Positions 7,592 through 11,954 of a DNA stretch of 11,954 nucleotides are shown here, piece after piece. Within the stretch, counting starts at the first letter, position 1; each line of letters begins with the position of its first letter. The position numbers and the translations under genes are program-made. Source of the DNA: Octopus sinensis (Eukaryota); assembly GCF_006345805.1 (NCBI RefSeq), contig NW_021826699.1, positions 1-11,954 of the forward strand. The letters are read 5' to 3'. Below the pieces are notes generated by a model. It saw only the letters and a list, made by a program, of their open reading frames with translations. It searched no databases and was not told the origin of the DNA.

Positions 7592-8901
7592 TGATATCGT
7601 TATAATAATGACTACCAGAAATGATGGCAACTCCAGAAAGAATGCATCAAAGCAGATGTTTGTCGAAAGAAAAATAAGTCTCATTTACAAACAGGATTAA
7701 CAAAAGCAAAAGGACAGCTATATGACAGCCTAGAATTGACAAGAATCATTTTTACTATTACGATATATCCAAGGTTCGAAATAGATGAAGTAATTAGTAT
7801 AGTTTAAGCAATGGATTAATGAAGAAAGATGATAGATAAATAGTACCATTCTAAGGGAATGGTACCATATAAATATATCACTAGAATTACCTGAAAGATC
7901 GTGGAGCGGGAAATTCAAATAGTGACAAAACGATCTCCGTTTGAATAAATTTATGAATATACTTTGTATTGTTGTATTGAGTAACATCTCCCTTCTAAGA
8001 CTTGCAAAATGTAACGGTTATACACACGTAGAAACATGCATGTATACACACACACGCGTGTAGATTTTATAGATATATGTTTGGTTATACAAACGAGAGA
8101 ATTAATACTCAATAAGACTAAATTCAAACAATATACATACATAGCGAGCGAGAGAAATAGATAGGTAAGTATAAATATAGAGATATATGCACATTCATAT
8201 AAATATGTACTTATACATATATATGCACATGCAGATATAAAATATATGCATACATACATGTAATATATATACATACATAAATACAAGTGATACATATATA
8301 TATGTGTGTGTGTGTATGTATATACACACATATATGGATATATAGCGATAGACAAACACACATCTATCTCTGTGTGTGTGTGTGTGTGTGTGTGTGTACA
8401 TAAATATCTTAATGAATTCAATGCATACGGTAAAATTGAATATAAATATTTGTTTAAAAAATAGTGTCATTAAGTTTTCATGCAAATGAGAACGTTTAAT
8501 TCATAATGTATCGGAGAGGATTAAAGCTTAGATTTATAAAGTCTAGTTGAAGGAGGAGATGTTAAATAATTGTTGACGAAGAGAACAAAACATGGGAAAG
8601 AAGCGGTTAATAATACATAAACAACAAATGTGTAAGTAAGGTCAAAAACGGAAGATATTACAGTAAATATGGATGTTAAGTATACGTGTGTGTGACTGGT
8701 TGCTGACAATGGGGTTGAGTGTAAATAGGGGTGTGAATAGGACTTATAAGTCCGTCATTTGATTAAAATCGATCAGAAGGAACTGGAATCGAAGCTAGCT
8801 TAAAATTGAATATTAAGAAATAACAAACTTTATTTGCCTTGGAACCTCAAGTATGCGTGTGCATATATATATATATAATATATATATATAATATATTTTA
8901 G

Positions 8902-8951
8902 CAAAAACTGTCTGATGAACGGCAACGAGAAACTCAGAGTAACAGATTTTG
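8902..8951 (+). ncRNA. Type I hammerhead ribozyme (minimal, GUA site after 8941) in an ~80-bp unit (8898-8978) flanked by (AT)n
   Basis: Stem I is CAAAAACTGT (8902-8911) with ACAGATTTTG (8942-8951), 9 of 10 paired. Core CTGATGA is at 8912-8918. Stem II is A-CG-GCAA-CG-A (GNRA loop, with A/A at the position next to the core). GAAA is at 8929-8932. Stem III is ACT-CAG-AGT (ACTC-A-GAGT is a quasi-palindrome). The GTA triplet is at 8939-8941. AATAAA follows at 8972-8977, then (TA)n. Confidence 0.78.
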
Positions 8952-9039
8952 TTGAATTTTCTGCTGCTTAAAATAAAGTATATATATATATATATATATT
9001 CTCTCGATTATCTCACTCTCTCATATACATATAACATAT

Positions 9040-9057
9040 AATATAAATGAATACACC

Positions 9058-9110
<53 letters not shown>
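9040..9110. repeat. (AT)n microsatellite
   Basis: Read directly. Confidence 0.9.
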
Positions 9111-9311
9111 CAAACACACACACATAATATGTATATATGTATATCATATATATATGCAGAGAGGGCAGACAGACAGACAGGTAAGCCGGCATACATACAG
9201 ACACAGATAGGTAGTTCAATTTACGTCACACAACAGATACGCATATGCATAAATACATTCATAGGCACATGAACACATGCATACAAATTTACATACGTGA
9301 ATAACTATATA

Positions 9312-9686
9312 CACTTGCGTCAGAAATTAATTAGCACTTCTCAATTTCTACATTAAATAGGTTAAATCAATTAACCTATGAGCTGTTCAAACGTCTTACC
9401 GCATGAGAAAACTTAGTATGGTTGTGATTTCGGTCCTTGCGAGGCGCTACCTATATCTATTAAACAAAGGAAGAGTTGTCTGCATCCGCACTCCAAGTTG
9501 TTGCACTGCTATGTCACATCATAAGGCTGTAGACTCTCAAACTGCTCTGTAAACAAAGTTACGTCATCGTTCTGCGCAACAGTGAACTCGCAACAAAGCA
9601 ATAGTTCGAGATATGGCCACTAGGTGACAGCACATACCTTGAGTGAAGAGCAAATCAAGAGTGCTAATTAATTTCTGACGGTAGTG
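9312..9686. mobile_element. Non-autonomous Tc1/mariner-type element (MITE), 375 bp
   Basis: 27-bp TIRs CACTTGCGTCAGAAATTAATTAGCACT (9312-9338) and AGTGCTAATTAATTTCTGACGGTAGTG (9660-9686) match at 25/27, with the inner 21 bp perfect. TA flanks both sides (9310-9311, 9687-9688). TA|CACT termini are typical of Tc1/mariner. No transposase ORF is present. Confidence 0.85.
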
Positions 9687-9733
9687 TACATACTTAAATA
9701 CATATACTTACATCATATATATATATATATATA

Positions 9734-9936
9734 GGGGGAGAGTTTACGAAAAAACAAAAACGAAGACAGGTGGTGTACAAAATAAACAGATGTACTAGTA
9801 TAACGCTCAGGAATTGAAAAAGTCTTTTACGTTTCGAGCCTGCGCTCTTTTACAGGAAGGGACACAGAAAAAACAAGGAGAGAAACAAGGAGAGAAAAAA
9901 GTTGTGTGTTGTGGCTAACTATCTATCATGGCGAAT
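9734..9936 (-). mobile_element. Probable Penelope-like pLTR remnant with degenerate minimal hammerhead (9822-9862)
   Basis: The minus strand reads ...CCCTTC-CTGTAAA-A-GAGC-GCAG-GCTC-GAAAC-GTA-AAAGAC..., giving a 4-bp stem II, an intact GAAAC and the ACGT palindromic minimal stem III. The core deviates (CUGUAAA vs CUGANGA) and stem I is weak. A T-rich 3' part runs into (TA)n at 9733, and the other side is AT-repeat-rich. Confidence 0.55.
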
Positions 9937-10319
9937 GTATATACATATATACATATATATATACATTCTCGCGGCTCCGACCAACTAACCAGCCAGCCAG
10001 CCAGCCAGTCGCATTTCTTTACATTCTCTTCGGCAACTTGTTAGATTGATTGTCGCTCGAGATTGTTACAACAGTAATAGCCGTTTAAGTGTGCGCGTGC
10101 GTATATGTGTCTGCGTGTAGCGTGTGTGTGTGTGTGTGTAAGAAGGGTAGGGTGGAGGAAGAGACCCCGTAACAATGAGAGAGGTTCTTTTATACGAGGG
10201 TGTGGTGCATTTGGAAACCATTCTTACTGAGATAAGGGTGTTACCCGGTCTTTCTCCAGCTTTCTTTCGTCGCATGTATTTTCAGAACAGAGAAAATTTC
10301 AAGTTCATCCATATGTTTC

Positions 10320-10350
<31 letters not shown>

Positions 10351-10455
10351 CACACGCACGCTCAAACACATGCAGACAAATGTTCGCTCATACATTCGTA
10401 CTTAGACGAGGCGTGCGTGCGTCCACACTTATACATACAATATGCGTAAGAGTGT

Positions 10456-10570
10456 ATCTATGAGTGTAAGCGAGTGTGTGTGTGTGTGCGTGTGTGTGTG
10501 TATAGCGGTGCCACTCTCTCTCTCTCTCCGTCTCTCTCTCTTGTCTCTCTCTCTTTCTCTCTCTCTCCCT
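10456..10570. repeat. (GT)n and (CT)n microsatellites
   Basis: Read directly. Confidence 0.9.
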
Positions 10571-10703
10571 CCTTTTGTATACATACATATTTTTATATGA
10601 AGATGTATCTGCACACGTACACACTAATATATAAAAAGAGGCAGATAGAAAGTAAGAAGGGAGAAATACATGTATATACATACATATATATACGTATATA
10701 CAC

Positions 10704-10710
<7 letters not shown>

Positions 10711-10778
<68 letters not shown>
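10711..10778. repeat. (AT)n microsatellite
   Basis: Read directly. Confidence 0.97.
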
Positions 10779-10781
<3 letters not shown>

Positions 10782-10874
10782 GGGGTTATATAAACATATG
10801 TATACATATATGCTTATAAACACACGCCACACACCCCACACACACATACATATATAGATATATATATATATTTA

Positions 10875-11275
10875 CCAACCACATGGTTCCGGGTTCAGTC
10901 CCACTGCATGGCAACTTAGGCAAGTGTCTTCTACTATAGCCTCGGGCTGACCAAAGCCTTGTGAGTGGATTTGGTAGACAGAAACTGAAAGAAGCCCGTC
11001 GTATATATGTATATATATATATGTATGTGTGTGTATATGTTTGTATGTATGTGTATGTATATGTTTGTGAGTCTGCGTTTGTCCTCCCAACATCGCTTGA
11101 CAACCGATGCTGGTGTGTTTATGTCGCCGTCACTAAGCAGTTCGGCAAAAGAGACCGATAGAATAAGTACTGGGCTTCCAAAAAATAAGTCCCGGGGTCG
11201 ATTTGCTCGACTAAAGGCAGTTCTCCAGCATGGCCGCAGTCAAATGACTGAAACAAGTAAAAGAATAAAAGAATA
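10875..11275 (+). mobile_element. tRNA-derived SINE, type B (CORE-like), 5'-clipped
   Basis: CCAACCACATGGTTCCGGGTTCAGTCCCACTGC (B-box region), CORE-like CTTAGGCAAGTGTCTTCTACTATAGCCTCGGG, an internal (AT)/(GT) spacer and the tail CAGCATGGCCGCAGTCAAATGACTGAAACAAGTAAAAGAATAAAAGAATA; homologous to 2703-3031. Confidence 0.9.
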
Positions 11276-11429
11276 TTGATTGATAGATAGATCGATGGAT
11301 GGATTTTATATGTACATGCGGTTGTATATGCCAAAATGTTTATCTCTATTATATATATATACATGTATGTATATATACTTATATATAATATGTATATATA
11401 ACTGTCTCTCTGCCATTAAACATAGAAAT

Positions 11430-11750
11430 ATATGTGTGTGTGTGTGTGTGTATGTGTGTGTATGTGTGTATGTATATGTGTATGTGTGTGAATGTGTGTA
11501 TGTGTGTGTATGTGTGTGTGTATGTGTGTATGTGTGTGTATGTGTGTGTGTGTGTGTGTGTGTATGTGTGTATGTGTGTGTGTATGTGTGTATCTGTGTG
11601 TGTATGTGTGTATGTGTGTGTGTATGCACACACATGTGTGTGCATGTGTGTATGTGTGTGTATGTGTGTATGTGTGTATGTGTGTGTGTATGTCTGTATG
11701 TGTGTGTGTATGTGTATGTGTGTGCGTGTGCGTGTGTGTATGTCTGTGTA
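11430..11750. repeat. Long interrupted (GT)n/(GTAT)n microsatellite
   Basis: Read directly; source of the (VC)n/(HT)n ORFs. Confidence 0.97.
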
Positions 11751-11954
11751 AATGCTTACAAGCATGCGTGTACGTTTTCTCTCCCTGCATGCTGATGGCG
11801 CTGATTGTTTTTGTTTGGTGTTTTTATTTTCTTTATCTAATATTTTTTTAGGTTAAGAATTCTAAATGTTTTGCTTTCTTCTCGATGTCCTGAATTTATT
11901 AACATTAAATATTTATTTAGATTTAAGAGCGGTTAGTAGAAGAAGAAGAAAAAG

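Noticed and set aside
10192-10215. TA-CGAGGGTGTG, reminiscent of a mariner TIR start
   Set aside because: No matching inverted terminus was found nearby.
10388-11851. Multiple long (YI)n, (HT)n and (VC)n ORFs
   Set aside because: They are dinucleotide-repeat artefacts.

Overview
Repeat-dense, AT-rich eukaryotic intergenic or intronic DNA with no intact protein-coding gene. The SINE families and dense (AT)n/(GATA)n/(GT)n microsatellites point to a coleoid cephalopod, most likely Octopus (inference from recalled repeat signatures). Contents: (i) a decayed L1/Tx1-clade ORF1 with a CCHC knuckle and a separate 5'-truncated L1/Tx1 3' end embedded in (GATA)n, with a SINE nested in its 3' UTR; (ii) eight tRNA-derived SINE copies of three types and a tRNA-Ile(AAT) pseudogene; (iii) a 375-bp Tc1/mariner-type MITE with 27-bp TIRs, a TA duplication and a CTCF-like motif; (iv) the main finding, a cluster of type I hammerhead ribozyme motifs of the minimal, palindromic-stem-III kind typical of Penelope-like elements. 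These are a canonical one at 5228-5295 (+) in one arm of a ~190-bp inverted repeat whose other arm has a deletion-killed copy, a near-canonical one at 8902-8951 (+) in an ~80-bp unit, and a degenerate one at 9822-9862 (-). All three units run at their 3' ends into (AT)n. Most ORFs in the supplied track are microsatellite artefacts.
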